Source: Malacoraja senta
Lineage: Eukaryota
Length of the DNA: 64,000 nt
Assembly: GCA_038087875.1 (NCBI GenBank)
Contig: CM075991.1
Coordinates: forward strand, 2,666,001-2,730,000
Direction of reading: 5' to 3'
Shown: piece after piece, positions 11,246 to 24,499 of the stretch
Position numbering within the stretch: the stretch's first letter is position 1
How the letters are laid out: each line of letters opens with the position of its first letter
The notes under the pieces: model-generated
What the model saw: the letters and a program-made list of their open reading frames with translations, nothing else
What the model was told of the DNA's origin: nothing
Databases searched by the model: none
Program-made: the position numbers and the translations under genes

Positions 11246-12657
11246 CCTTTCAGTCGGATTTGGGATCTCATCCCATGTCTGTCTACCTTCCTCCACAGAT
11301 GCTGCCTGACCCACTGAGTTCCTCCAGCAGTTTGTTTTTATTTCCACTGAGCCTGGGTGACTGTTCCTGGGGCTGATCGGTGGAATATAACTCCTTTGCT
11401 TTCTTTGTTATTTTCTTGTCATCAAAGTTCTCATAAAATTGAATTCCAGCAAAAAAATAATTATCCAAGTTGAAAAGGAAGCAACTCTTTTTGAACTAAG
11501 CTGACATCCAAGCTCCCGATACTTCCCTGCTTCCCCCCCCCCCCACCCCCACACTTTTCCCCATCTTCATCCATGTTCTTCAGGGATGCTACCTGGCCCG
11601 CTGAGTTACTCCGGCACTTTGACTTTTTTTGTACGCCTGCATCTGTCGTTCCTTGTGTCTATCGGTAGAATTCCCTCTTGTTTCTTTGCAAACATTAACA
11701 TCAAAGGATGAAATTCAGCGGGACAGACAGTATTCTCCAGAGATGCTGCCTGTCCCGCTGAGTTACTTCAGCATTTGGTGTCTATCTCTGAATTGATGTA
11801 AACCAGAGTCTGCAGTTCCTTCCTACACATCAAGGGGTGAAAACTGTTCCCTGAAATCACTTTCCGTGACCAAGAGCCTAAACAATCTGGAAATAGAAAA
11901 ACAGGCATTTTTGAGGAGAAAATTAATGACAGATTGCAGAAACATCACATTGCTTTAAAACATAGAAAATAGGTGCAGGAGTAGCCATTCGGCCCTTCGA
12001 GCCATCACCGCCATTCAATATGATCATGGCTGATCATCTAGAATCAGTACCCCGTTCCTGCTTTCTCCCCATATCCCTTGATTCCTTTAGACCTAAGAGC
12101 AAAATCTAACTCTCTCTTGAAAACATCCAGTGAATTGGCCTCCACTGCCTTCTGTGGCAGAGAATTCCACAGATTCACAACTCTCTGGGTGAAGAGGTTT
12201 TTCCTCATCTCAGTCCTAAATGGCCGACCCCTTATTCTTAAACTGTGACTCCCTGGTTCTGGACTCCCCCTAACATCGGGAACATTCTTCCTGCATCTAG
12301 CCTCTCCAATCCTGCTTTCGGCCAAGGGGCTACAGTTATGAAAAACGTACACACAAATTGAATAAAAGAAAGACTTACTTTTATACAACACCAGTCACAA
12401 TCTGAGACCAGTCCAGGTGTCCCTGCAGCTGATGAAGCACCTGAGAGGTGTGGAAGGTGTGATAATGTAATCGACAATTTGCACGCTGCACAGTCTCATA
12501 AACAGTAATGCGATAATGACCAAATAATCTGATTCATGTGTGGGAAGGAACTGCAGATGCTGGTTTAGACCGAAGATAGACACAAAATGCTGGAGTAGCT
12601 CAGTGGGACAGGCAGCATCACTGGGGAGAAGGAATGGGTGACGTTTCAGGTCAGAAC

Positions 12658-13123
12658 TAGGGTTGCCAACTGCCCCGTATTAGCTGGGACATCTCGCTTT
12701 TTGGGCTAACTTGGTTTGTCCTGTAAGGGACCGCCCTTGTCCCGCATTTGATTGCTACTAATCGGGTCGAGGGGGCTGTCGGGTCAGAGCGCTGCGTCTG
12801 ACCCCACCTCGCCCGTGGCCCCGTCGGTCGGTCGCTTGCCCGGCCAGCTGTCCGACCTTCAGACCTTCGCTTACCGCCGACACCACCACCCTCCTTCTCA
12901 GGGCCGATCATCGGTTCAGGAGTTGGATGGGGTGCCGGACTTTGCGCACGTCTTCGCCCGGGCCAAAACTCCTCAGCTGGCCCTGCCGACTGGGCTTTGT
13001 GTGCAGTCCTGCACCCGGGCCAACTCATCATTCACCCAGCCACGGCCGTGTTGGTCAACGAATTGCCGTCGGGAATTTGTCCCGTATCTCCCTTATTTGG
13101 GAGTGAGAAAGTTGGCAACCCTA
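12658..13123. mobile_element. hAT-type MITE inserted into a PLE-derived element
   Basis: TIRs TAGGGTTGCCAACT/AGTTGGCAACCCTA; imperfect 8-bp TSD gtcagaac/gtcaagac. Confidence 0.85.
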
Positions 13124-16100
13124 GTCAAGACCTTTCTTCAGATGGGATTAATGTACTCGGTTGACAATCGAATATTATTTAGGGTGCTGAATTACACGAT
13201 GATTTTGGTGCCACATATGACAAAGGGCTAACGTCTCTCATTAGTGGAGAGAGACACAAAACGATGGAGTAACTCAGCGGGACAGGCAGCATTGCCATCT
13301 CTGGAGAGAAGGAATGGGTGGCGTTTCGGGTCGAGACCCTTCTTCAGATCATTAGTGGCTACAGTTCAATTACATTCACATTTGAAGAGCTTTTTCAGGT
13401 TGTTTGAAGATTTAAAGCTGCGTCTTGCAGGGTGCTTGTAACGTGACACCTCATTTGGCACGGTGTCAGCTTTCTGGAACTTTCCTGCCACACTTACTTC
13501 ATGAGGCAGGATATGGCCCAGCTTCAACCTGCAAGCAGGGTAAAGAAGGAATAAGCATGCTGCTTCTGTTTGGGGAGAAGGCAGGCAAGGGATATTGATT
13601 GGGGACGATCAGCCATGATCACAATGAATGGCAGTGCTGGCTCGAAGGACCGAATGGCCTCCTCCTGCACCTATTGTCTATGTTTCTATGTTTCATTCCG
13701 GTTGTCAAAATATGCCTTGCTGAAAATATTGTCCTTTTAAACTTTTTCACTCATTTGGGATTCATCTTTGGTGCACTATCACTATATGATATCAAAAACA
13801 TCTGGATGATATTGTGCAGTATCAACTAAAGCTAGGTAATCTCACTGTACAATATCAACAACACACAGATGTTATCACCTAATGACAGCAACAACATCTG
13901 GATAACATCAGATCTAATACCACCAGCACTAGGGTCATCTCTGGTCATCCAGCCCACCAAGTCCACGCTCATCATAAGGTCATAGGAGCAGAATTAGGCC
14001 ATTCAGCCCATCAATTCTGCTCTGCCATTCAATCATAGAAACACAGAAAATAGGTGCAGGAGGAGGCCATTTCTCCCTTCGAGCCAGCACCGCCATTCAT
14101 TGTGATCATGGCTGATCATCCACAATCAGTAACCCGTGCCTGCCTTCTCCCCATATCCCTTGATTCCGCTGATCTCTCTCTCTCTCCTAACCTCATTCTC
14201 CTCCCTTCTCCCCCTAATCCTGACACCCGTGCTAATCAAAAATCTATCTCTCTCTGCCTCAAAAATATCCACTGACTTGGCCTCCACGGCCTTCTGTGGC
14301 AAAGAATTCCACAGATTCACCACCCTCTGACTAAAGAAATTCCTCCACATCTTCCTAAAGATTACAGCATCTGTAGTTCCTTGTCTCCCCTCTCACTTGT
14401 GATGTTTTCTCCTGAAGCCTGGCAGGCAGCAGTAAACTTCACCCTCCCCTCAACCTCGCCAGTTCCATTAGCCTCACTGCGAGGTTGAAGATGCAGAGGC
14501 AGAGCCCCCACAGGGTCATTTCTCCGTTTGTTTAGTGACGTTAGTGATAACTCCCTTTGTCCACCTCACTGCCACACACTGTGTGAAGAAAGCGGGAGGA
14601 AAGTGATTGCACGCACTAAAATGAACTATCTCTAGCATGTGTAGGAAGGAACTGCAGATGCTGGTTTACCGCCAAAGCTAGACCAAAAGCACTGGAGTAA
14701 CTTAGCGGGGCAGGCAGCATCTTAACTCAGGTCAGGACCGAGTTAAGTCCTCAGTCCTCAGTTCACATTTCAAGTTAGTGTTGTGTAGTTTTCCAGAGTC
14801 TAATTGTTGTTAGGAAGAAGCTGTTCCCAATCCTGGTGGTCGTGGTTTTCAGATTCCTAAACCTTCTTCCCGAAGATAGGAGTGAATTGAGAGGTTGGTG
14901 TTGCATCTTTGATGATGTTGCTGCCTTTTTGAGGCAGTGCCTCCTATCCGAAACGTTGCCTATTTCCTTCGCTCCATAGATGCTGCTGCACTCGCTGAGT
15001 TTCTCCAGCACTTTTGTCTACCTTCGATTTTCCAGCATCTGCAGTTCCTTCTTAAACACCTCCTATATATCCGTCTGATAGTGGTGATGTCAGTGCAGTA
15101 GACAATAGACATTAGGTGCAGGAGTAGGCCATTCGACCCTTCGAGCCAGCACCGCCATTCACTGTGATCATGGCTGATCATCCACACTCAGTACCCCGTT
15201 CCTGCCTTCTCCCCATATCCCCTGACTCTGCTATCTTTAAGAGCACTATCCAACTCTCTCTTCAAGAGAGTATTCTTTGCTGGTACAAAGTCCCAGATGT
15301 GGCTTAATACAAATGGAGCAAGACATCTTTGATATAACATTCCAGGGCCTCTGTAATAAAGGTGAATAGAACAGCCCAAAGCTTTCAGGCCTGCCACTTG
15401 CTACAGCTGTGTGTATTCTGCACTCCACCAAACCTACCTTAGCTGGGTGCAGAAGGCACAGGGCATCATCCTGGCATGCAGGATCAATGGGCAAACAGAT
15501 GTGAAACAGGGATCGACACAAAATGCTGCAGTAACTCAGCGGGACAGGCAGGATCTCTGGAAGAGAAGGAATGGGTGACGCTTCGGCTCGAGACCCTTCT
15601 TCAAACAGGGAGGTCCTCGACCAACACTGAGGGGAAATGGTCAGTCGAGGAAGGCGGGAAGCGATGAACGAACGTCGCTCGGGGGAAGGAATTCATAGCA
15701 GCGAGAGGGAAACCCTGAAGTGAACATCCACCAGGGACCACGCTGGAGCGGAGCAACCATTAACGAGGTTGCACTCCAAAAGAAAAGAATGAATAAGCGA
15801 GTATTTCAAACCATATCCTCCAGCGACTGGTCGAAGGGGGGAGATTATTAACCAAGTCTAAATCCACAAAGTGAAATGCTTCTGTGGCTAGTCATAATTA
15901 TCTACCCAGATGTGCCTCCTCCACTTGGCAAGGAATTGTAAAGACAGATAGGGAGCTTATCTGTTCCCTGTCTCAGTGATTCATTTCTCCACCACCGGAC
16001 TTTATAAACAGCGCTGGAATGTACCAGTCGCTGAGGCTACAGCATCTGCATTTAACCACACACGTCAAGTCCCAAGCACTCTGACATTTAGCAGCAAAAT

Positions 16101-16254
16101 CCACACCACTGTTTTCCTTCTTAACTGTTTGCTGTACACTGTTTTTTATGAATTTCGTGAATTTTTGTGAACATTCGGCACCTTGATTCCCACCAGTGCC
16201 AAATCAAAAGCAGTGCCTACAAAAGGTAAATAGATTTGTCAGGTATAGAGAATG

Positions 16255-16570
16255 GGGCGGCACGGTGCCGCAGCGGTAGAGTTGCTGCCATACAGCGCCG
16301 GAGACCCGACTTCCATCCTGACTACGGTTGCTGCCTGTATGGAGTTTGTACGTTCTCCCTGTGACCACGTGGGTTTTCTCTGGGTGCTCCGGTTTCCTCC
16401 CACACTCAAAAGACATGCAAGTTTGTAGGTTAATTGGCTTCAGTAAAATTGTAAATTTGCCCTCGTGTGTGTGGGATAGTGCTAGTGTACAGGAATCACT
16501 GGTCGGCGCGGACTCAGTGGGCCGAAGGGTCGGTTTCCACGCTGTATCTCTAAAGTCTAAAGTAAAGTCT
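16255..16570 (+). mobile_element. Full-length tRNA-derived SINE
   Basis: Head gggcggcacggtgccgcagcggtagag with degenerate B box, conserved body, (CTAAAGT)n tail. Confidence 0.88.
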
Positions 16571-18939
16571 AATAATTTCAGGGCTATGGGCAAAGAGCAG
16601 TACTGAGATTTGTTTTTCTAGCAAATCATTCCGTTTTACCTTATACCTAACCAAGTTGTTGACTTCTCATTTCTCCACATTATATTTCTTGCACTGGGCC
16701 CCTGTCCTCTGAGTTCACCAAAGTATATCTCCATGCAAGAGAGGAGAGGAGCAGCGTTTTTCATTTAATTCTCCAATTTTGGGTAACTTACCAACTCCCC
16801 CTGCCCCTTCTCCACCCCTCTCACCCCTGTGCCCAACCTGGACTCGCACCCATTTCCCCCCCTCCCCTTCCACCTACATTCCTTCCTCTGACTTCACAAT
16901 TTGCAACTCTTCTCTCCTTATCTCTCACATCATTAGGGCTTTCATCTCTGGTCTTTGCCCAACCATCTTCCTATTCCACATGCCCCTCACCTGCATCATT
17001 GATGATGTTACTGTCTATTTGAGGCAGTCCTCTGATGGTGGGGAGGTCAGTAGCCGTGATGGACCGGGCAGTGGTCATCACTCTTTGTAAGTGTGCATTC
17101 GAGTCGCCGAACCAGTCAATACGCTCTCCACCCTACACCTGCTGAAGTTCGAGAGAGTATTGGTTGCACGTACAAAGCCCCAGTTGTGGCTCAATATAAA
17201 CAGAGTTAGACATCTTTAGTGTAACATTCCAAGGCCTCTCTAACACAGGTGAAGCCTTTCAGGCCTGCCAAGCCTACCTTAGCTGGGTGCAGAAGGCACA
17301 GGTTGGTGGAAATGGGGCATGATCTTGACATGCAGGATCAATGGGCAAACAGATCCTTATCTCTCACACCTTTAGGGTTTCCATCTCTGGTCTTCACCCA
17401 ACCATCTGCCTATCCCAAATGCCCCTCACCTGTATCCATCTACCACTTGCCCTGGCCCAGTTTTTCTGCCCTCCACCAACCCCCAACATCATCCTGACCC
17501 ACGATGGCACTGACTCGTGTTGTCTAGAGATGCTGCCTGACCTGCTGAGTTATTCCAGCACCTTGTGTCTTTTTATATCTCTGTGCAACCACTTTTCATC
17601 CGTCTCACAACGTGTCTCCCCACCTAGCTTTGTGATCTCAGCAAACTTTAATCTGTTTGCCCACAAGCAAAATACTAGAGATGCTGTGTATCTGAAATAA
17701 ATATGGAAAATAATGCAAATATGCAGTGTATGGGTGTCAGGGGTCATGAGCGGGAGGGCAGGAGAATGGGGTTGAGAGGGAGAGATAGACCCGCCATGAC
17801 AGAATGGATTTGATGGGCTGAATGTACCTCATTCTGCTTCTATGACTTATGTACTTTTGAAGTCAGGTAGCATCTATAGAGAGTGAAAAACAGTGGATCA
17901 ACCTGAAATGTCAACTCTGTTTGTCTCTCCTCAGGTGCTGACTGGCCCACTGAGAATTTTAAATATTTTTTTAATTTCTAACAATAATGATGCCTTATAC
18001 TGCTATATTGATGTAAATTCCAACCGTTAAAGAGGTTTTACTGTCCTAAGACTCAGGGGTGTAATGTCTGAATAGACCATGACTACTGGAGTTATACACT
18101 ATAGGATCTGAGGACATGTATCGGATTGACTTTGAAAAACAATATCTCTTTGGGCACAGGTTGAATTGGGCTCTTTGTCAGTAAATATGCTGATCCATAG
18201 AAACATGGAAACATAGAAAATAGGTGCAGGAGTAGGCCATTCGGCCTTTCAGTTGATCATCCAAAATCAGTACCCCGTTCCTGCTTTTTCCCCATATCCC
18301 TTGATTCCGTTAACCGTAAGATCTATATCTAACTCTCTCTTGAAAACATCCAGTGAATTGGCCTCCACTGCCTTCTGTGGCAGAGAATTCTACAGTTTCA
18401 CAACTCTCTGGGTGAAAATGTTTTTCCTCATCTCAGTCCTAAATGGCCTACCTCTTCTTCTTAAACTGTGAAACTATTCTTGTATCCTCAGAACTATCTA
18501 AATAAATATCTCCCCACAGCCTTCTTTAATTCAAGGAAAACAAACCCAGCCTATCCAATCTCTTCCCGTACCAAAGTCTACAAATTGTTACTAAAATTGT
18601 CATCCCTTTCTCCTTGCTATTAAAATTAAACAATAATCAATGTTTGTGACATGCTAGCTATAGAAAGAAACTCCAATAAAAATTGAAAACACAAAGTGCT
18701 GGTGTAAGTCATCGAGTCAGGCAACATCTCTGGAGAAGATGGATAGCTGATAGGTGAAGATAACTGAGTCTGAAGAAGGGTCCCAACCCAAAACATCACC
18801 TCTCCATGTTCTCCAGAGATGCTGTCTGATCCGCTAAGTTACCCCAGCAATTTGTGTCTTCTTTTGTAAAGCAGCATCTGCAGTTCCTTGTTTCTACAAT
18901 ATAAATATGTTTTGACACGTCAGCCTGTCAATAGAATGG

Positions 18940-19360
18940 ATCAACTGGGCTTATGTTCACTGAAACTTAGAAGGATGAGAGGGAATCTTATAGAAACATA
19001 TAAAATTCTTAAGTGATTGGATAGGCTAGATGCAGGAAAAAATGTTCCTGATGTTGGGGGAGTCCAGAACCAGGGGTTACAGTTAAGAATAAGGGATAGG
19101 CCATTTAGGACTGAGATGAGGAAAAACATTTTCACCCATAGTTGTGAATCTGTGGAATTCTCTGCCACAGAATGCAGTGGAGGCCAATTCACTGGATGTT
19201 TTCAAGAGAGAGTTAGATGTAGCTGTTAGGGCTAATGGAATCAAGGGATATGGGGAGAAAGCAGGAACGGGGTACTGATTCTGAATGATCAGCTATGATC
19301 ATATTGAATGGTGGTGCTGGCTCGAAGGGCTGAATGGCATACAATGTTTCTATGTTTCTA
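18940..19360 (+). mobile_element. CR1 LINE 3' fragment
   Basis: Degenerate ORF2 C-terminus (DRLDAGK...LRIRDRPFRTEMRKNIF) and tail. Confidence 0.88.
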
Positions 19361-19536
19361 GAAGAAAGATAAAGGAAATTTCAGGCAAAGGATCCCACTC
19401 TATCTCTATTTTTTTTATTTCTAACAATAATGATGTAACAATATAACAATATATTGATGTAAATACCAACCGTTAAAGAGGTTTTACTGTCCTAAGACTC
19501 AGGGTGTAATGTCTGAATAGAAGACCTGCATTTATT

Positions 19537-19720
19537 TGTTTAAGAAGGAACTGCAGATGCTGGAAAATCGAAGGTAGACAAAAGTGCTGGAGAAACTCAG
19601 CGGGTGCAGCAGCATCTATGGAGCGAAAGAAATAGGCGATGTTTCGGCCCGAAACGTTTCCTATTTCCTTCGCTCCATAGATGCTGCCGCACCCGCTGAG
19701 TTTCTCCAGCACTTTTGTCT
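19537..19720. mobile_element. Fold-back PLE-derived short element with 13-bp TSD
   Basis: Inverted arms centred on gtttcggcccgaaac; TSD acctgcatttatt on both sides. Confidence 0.85.
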
Positions 19721-19987
19721 ACCTGCATTTATTTTACTGCTTTCAATGTCAGATTTGTAAATGTTATTTACATTCAAAGCACACTACAGCTTGGGAGAAT
19801 AGACACTTGGATCAGGTGTAGAATGAGGCAGTGAGGATTAGTATTTACACATCCTTTCAGTACCAAACCCTGTTAAGCTTTCCACGTAGGTAAATGCCGG
19901 GTCTTTCAAATGTATATGTCAATTTAAATCTTAAGATGTGTACAAGTTATGCATTAATCTTTAATTTTTCATTACTTTGCTGACCAG

Positions 19988-20047
19988 AAAAACCAACTGA
20001 CCCCGCCACAGGAATTCATGAGGAAATTCTCAGAGGCTTGGAGAAAT
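19988..20047 (+). CDS. AEBP1: AEBP1-like exon 3 (60 nt, EKPTDPATGIHEEILRGLEK)
   Basis: Pyrimidine tract + CAG, open phase 1-1, donor T|GTGAGT. Confidence 0.7.
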
Positions 20048-20258
20048 GTGAGTAAATTCAGCGTTGCAGTAATCAAAGGAGACATGGTACCTATTAGTGG
20101 AGGTGGCTACTAATGTTGCAGATCCTCTAGGTCCTGTTCTCCAGCATAAAGCAAAATGATAATAAAGTGCATCAGAGTTTTTAGAATTATACCATAACTA
20201 ATATCTATCAGGAAATATGAAACTGACTGTGCCAATTTGAATTCGAAAAGTGATGTGT

Positions 20259-20675
20259 GACAATAGACAATAGACAATAGGTGCAGGAGTAGGCCATTTG
20301 GCCCTTTGAGCCAGCACTGCCATTCAATGTGATTATGGCTGATCATCCTCAATCAGTACCCCGTTCCTGCCTTCTCCCCATATCCCCTGACTCCGCTATC
20401 TTTAAGAGCCCTATCTAGCTGTCTCTTGAAAGCATCCAGAGAACCTGCCTCCACCGCCCTCTGAGGCAGAGAATTCCACAGACTCACCACTCTCTGTGTG
20501 AAAAAGTGTTTCCTCGTCTCCGTTCTAAATGACTTACTCCTTATTCTTAAACTGTGGCCCCTGGTTCTGGACTTCCCCCAACATCGGGAACATGTTTCCT
20601 GCCTCTAGCGTGTCCAAGCCCTTAACAATCTTATATGTTTCAATGAGATACCCTCTCATCCTTCTAACCTCCAGG
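20259..20675 (-). mobile_element. CR1 LINE 3' fragment
   Basis: Near-identical to 485-930 and 10631-11245. Confidence 0.9.
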
Positions 20676-21646
20676 TGGATTGAAGACTTGATGGTTACAG
20701 AGGGGTTTCACATGACAGGCATGAAAAGAGGACCACATACTGTTAGACCAGAATTAGACTCTATTGTTACAAAGACGTCACTAATAAATCCAAAAGAATA
20801 TTCAGGCGAAGGTTCTTTACCTGGTTATTAAGCTCACTATTATGGGGACTGCTTGTGGTATGAAGCAAAGATTCATTCCATGAGATGATGCATGTAGAAA
20901 ATAGGTGCAGGAAGAGGCCATTTGTCCCTTTGAGCCAGTATGTGATGGTACTGGGTACCAAGGGGTATGGGGATAGTGCAGGAATGACTCTGATGTAAAG
21001 GATCAGCCGTGATCAGGCTGAGAGAGAATGAAAAGGTATAGGGAGCCACGCGTTGTGAATCAAAGTCATCTTTGTTAAGGCAACACAGAGAACAGCACAC
21101 ACGTGACAGGGAGGGTTTTTCCCCCCAGGGTTCTCAATATATACCAGGGCACACCCCTTAACCACCTGACGACTCCTTCCTGCCAAACACAGTCACGTTG
21201 ATCCTGCCAGCCCAAGTGCCGAGGGTTCGCTCAGTAAGTGGCCTAACCACCAGGTGGCGCCACTTTTGAACATCCCACTCCTACTTCTACCTCTTACGTT
21301 CTTATGAAGGAGGACGGTATTTGTTCATAGGGTTGGATAAAGAAGGGTTGGAAGAGGCCCCATGAGGGTCAATAGTGCCTGTAAGGACCTGTTGGGCCAA
21401 ATGGCCTCATTTTATGATGTGGATAGATATCGAGTAAAATAGCGTCAGTATAGATCCAGCAATGACCCTCAGACTGCCAGTACAGTTCGTAGGCTTCTGT
21501 CAACACCAGCTGCTGCCCTCTCTGACTAAAACACAACTGAGGTCTCTTACATAAATCACTTGTTATTGCTTGGTTTTGAACACAAGATAGACACAAAATG
21601 CTGGAGTAACTCAGCGGGCAGACAGCATCTCTGGAGGGAAGGAATG

Positions 21647-21680
21647 GGTGACGTTTCGGGTCGAGACCCTTCTTCAGACA
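21647..21680 (-). ncRNA. Minimal hammerhead-ribozyme-like motif (representative PLE-associated copy)
   Basis: rc reads tgt-CTGAAGA-a-gggtc-tc-gaccc-GAAA-cg-TC-accc: CUGANGA core, helix II, GAAA, palindromic ACGU in place of helix III, UH triplet. Helix I is only about 2 bp. Confidence 0.55.
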
Positions 21681-22353
21681 GGATGAAGAAGGATATCGAC
21701 GCAAAACATCACCCATTCCTTCCCTCCAGAGATGCTTCCAAATGTAGAAATAAAATCTACAGGAGTAATGTCTCAGTCTTTATTTAGGGATTTTTGCTTC
21801 TCTTTTTGATTATTTATGTCCACCAGCTTTTGAAATACAATGCCTTGGAAGTCCAGTTGCCATATTGAGAGTGATTTTTCTGTATTTTCTGACTTATGGA
21901 CAAAAGAACTGTAAGAGGGCTGTTAAAGTGTAAAATCGGAATGCCTACATTTCCCAGGGATGGTCTTTAGTTGGAACAAGCTTCAACTCTGTCTGTGTAA
22001 TCCTTTGGTTATTCATATATATATAATCTATTAAAAAAAAACAATTCAATGCAGATGTTGTAACCAGACACATAGACCTGAAGCTGAGTTTCCATCAGGC
22101 AAGGAGGAAACATGGAAACTCATGGTGTGAAGGAAACAGATGAGCCAGTCATACACCAGTGAAAGCCGTGAGCTATTAGATTAGTTTATTGTCACGTGTA
22201 CTGAGGTACAGTATCTTCACTGTATGTGTACTGGGTATAGTGGAAAGCTTTCGTTGCGTGCGAACCATAAGCGGAAAGACAATACATGACTATAATCGAG
22301 CCGTCCACAGTGTACAGATACATGATAAAGGGAATAGCATGAATAAAGGTTAG

Positions 22354-23201
22354 CAGGCACGGAAATCGCTTTCAAAATATGGGGGGGACCGGGGGACGGG
22401 GGGGGACACAATTTCTTGCCGGCTCACACTCACTCACACACACACACACACACACGTGAGGCTTTGGAAGCTCAATCCAGCGCTAAATGCAGCTCAGCTC
22501 TGCCTATCTCGCCAGGTTAACCTACAGCCCTGCCTGGACTGACGGGACACCAGCTTGGAGTCGTGGAGCTAGCGCTGCTTCTCCACGCTGGCTGTAAGCC
22601 TGGGCCATATTTCCCGTAAGTCCAGGCAGGGCTGTAGGTTAACCTGGCGGGACAGGCAGAGTTGAGCTGGGTTTAGCGCTGCTTCTCTGCGCTGGCCGTG
22701 GGCCTGGGGGCACAGGTCCCGTCTGACTCCCGACGTCTCTGGCCACCCCCGGGCGTGGGGGCACTCGGGTGAGGACGGGGATGGTCCAGTGGTGGTTCGG
22801 CAGCGATTGCAGCGCCGGAGACCGGGATCTATCCTGGCTGCAGATGAGGCGCAGGTCTGTGTCCAGGGCTGCCGAGAGTGTTTTGCCACGTCTCCCTCCT
22901 CCAATCACCGCGCTCTATCCTCAGTCCCAGCCCCTACTGCCGCCTCTGACCGACACCTCCCTCCTCCAATGATCGTGCTGAATCATCATGTCCCACCCCC
23001 ATTGCCTGCTGACCGATGTCTCTCTCGTCCAATCGGCGCCCTCGATCAGCAGTCCCACCTACACTGTCTCGCGGAAAGCGGAGATGTCACCGAGTTTTAT
23101 AATCTGGATTACAAAAAATGGGTGGGGGGGATCGTCCCCCACCTCTCAAAACAGGGGGGGGGGATGTGCCCCCCTGGCCCCCCCTGGGATTTCCGCCCCT
23201 G
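22354..23201. mobile_element. hAT-type MITE
   Basis: TIRs CAGGCACGGAAATC/GATTTCCGCCCCTG with G/C-run subterminal repeats; imperfect 8-bp TSD aaggttag/atgtttag. Confidence 0.75.
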
Positions 23202-23355
23202 ATGTTTAGTGCACGATAAAGTCCGATCAAAGATAGTTCAAGGGTTCTCGAAGGAGGTAGATAGTAGCTCACGACTGCTCTCTAGTTGTTGGGAGGATGA
23301 CTCAGTTTCCTGATAAAAATAAAATTGCAGATTCTGAACTGGGATGCTGGTGTTT

Positions 23356-24285
23356 CTTTTTTTTATTTTTTTTTAAGATATTTTTTATTGGAGGTAGATA
23401 CATATCATATTAAAATCGATACCAGTCTTACATTTTTAAATTACTAATATCGTCCATTATTATTACAATGTCTCCAATACTTTTTTCTTTTTTTTTAAAA
23501 CTAAATAGAACTAAAAAGATATAGATGAAATAAAGAAAGAAAGAGGAAAAAGAGAAGAAACAAGAAAAAAAACAACAACAAAAAACCCAAAAACAAAACA
23601 AAAAACAAAAACAAAATAAAAACAAAAAAAAACAAAAAAACAAAAAGATAATAAAGAAGAATGGAATAATTTACTACGATAAAAAACTTCATTCGAGATA
23701 TATTCGTACATTTCAGAGTATAACCTTTCATCTATTCCTTGGCACGGGTGTTAGTCAGGTTCATGTGCTGAACCATTCTGACCCTTTAAATAGTCAATAA
23801 AGGGAGACCATGTTCCGACGAATAGTTCCTGTTTGTCCAACAGGACAAGTCTAATTCTTTCCAAGTGTAAGGTCTCCGACATTTCTATAATCCACATTTT
23901 AATTGTGGGGGTTATAGGGCCTTTCCAAAATGTTAGAATTAATTTTTTCCCAGTTATTATACTATAATCAATAAAGTTTCTTTGAGTTGATGTAAATGTT
24001 TGATTTAGTTCTAATGTTCCAAGTATTATCAATTTTGGATCCGGGTCCAATTGAATGCTAGTCACTTTAGATAATATTGTGAAAATATTTACCCAGAAAT
24101 TTTTAATTTTTATGCAATTTGCAAACATATGAGATAAGTTAGCTTCTAAATGTTGACATTTATCACATATTGGTGAGACATGTGGGAAGATTTTATTTAA
24201 TTTTGTTTTAGAATAATGTAACCTATGTATTACTTTGAATTGTATTAGAATAATGTAACCTATGTATTACTTTGAATTGTATTAG
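23356..24285 (-). mobile_element. L1/Tx1-type LINE 3' fragment
   Basis: Minus-strand ORF2 C-terminal zinc knuckle (CDKC...HMFANC...FW; ORF 23751-24128), T-rich 3' UTR, AATAAA plus poly(A) at the left end; 37-nt tandem duplication at the truncation point. Confidence 0.85.
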
Positions 24286-24391
24286 GTGGGCGGGTTTCTG
24301 TAACTAAATTGTTTTGATATTTCAAGGGAGAAGTAACTTTCAAGGCAGAATGCGTTGATAAAGAACTGAAGGCTGTTTGTTTTGTTTCCAG

Positions 24392-24499
24392 CTAACCAGG
24401 ACCTGAATCCCACCGAATCCCCCAGCAATGCATTCACTCCACCCATTGTTAAAGCATACTACAACGTGACAAAGGAAATGAGCGGGGAGGAGAAGACGG
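24392..24499 (+). CDS. AEBP1: AEBP1-like exon 4 (108 nt, SNQDLNPTESPSNAFTPPIVKAYYNVTKEMSGEEKT)
   Basis: Acceptor tgtttgttttgtttccag, open phase 1-1, donor G|GTAGGT; contains an NVT sequon. Confidence 0.7.

Noticed and set aside
11283..11468. Protein-like minus-strand ORF (FYENFDDKKITKKAKELY)
   Set aside because: No convincing splice sites or recognisable homology, and it runs into repeat sequence.
16255..16330. tRNA-like sequences at SINE heads
   Set aside because: They are SINE 5' regions with degenerate cloverleafs followed by SINE body and tail, not tRNA genes.
23428..23731. Phe-rich minus-strand ORFs
   Set aside because: T-rich 3' UTR of the L1 fragment.
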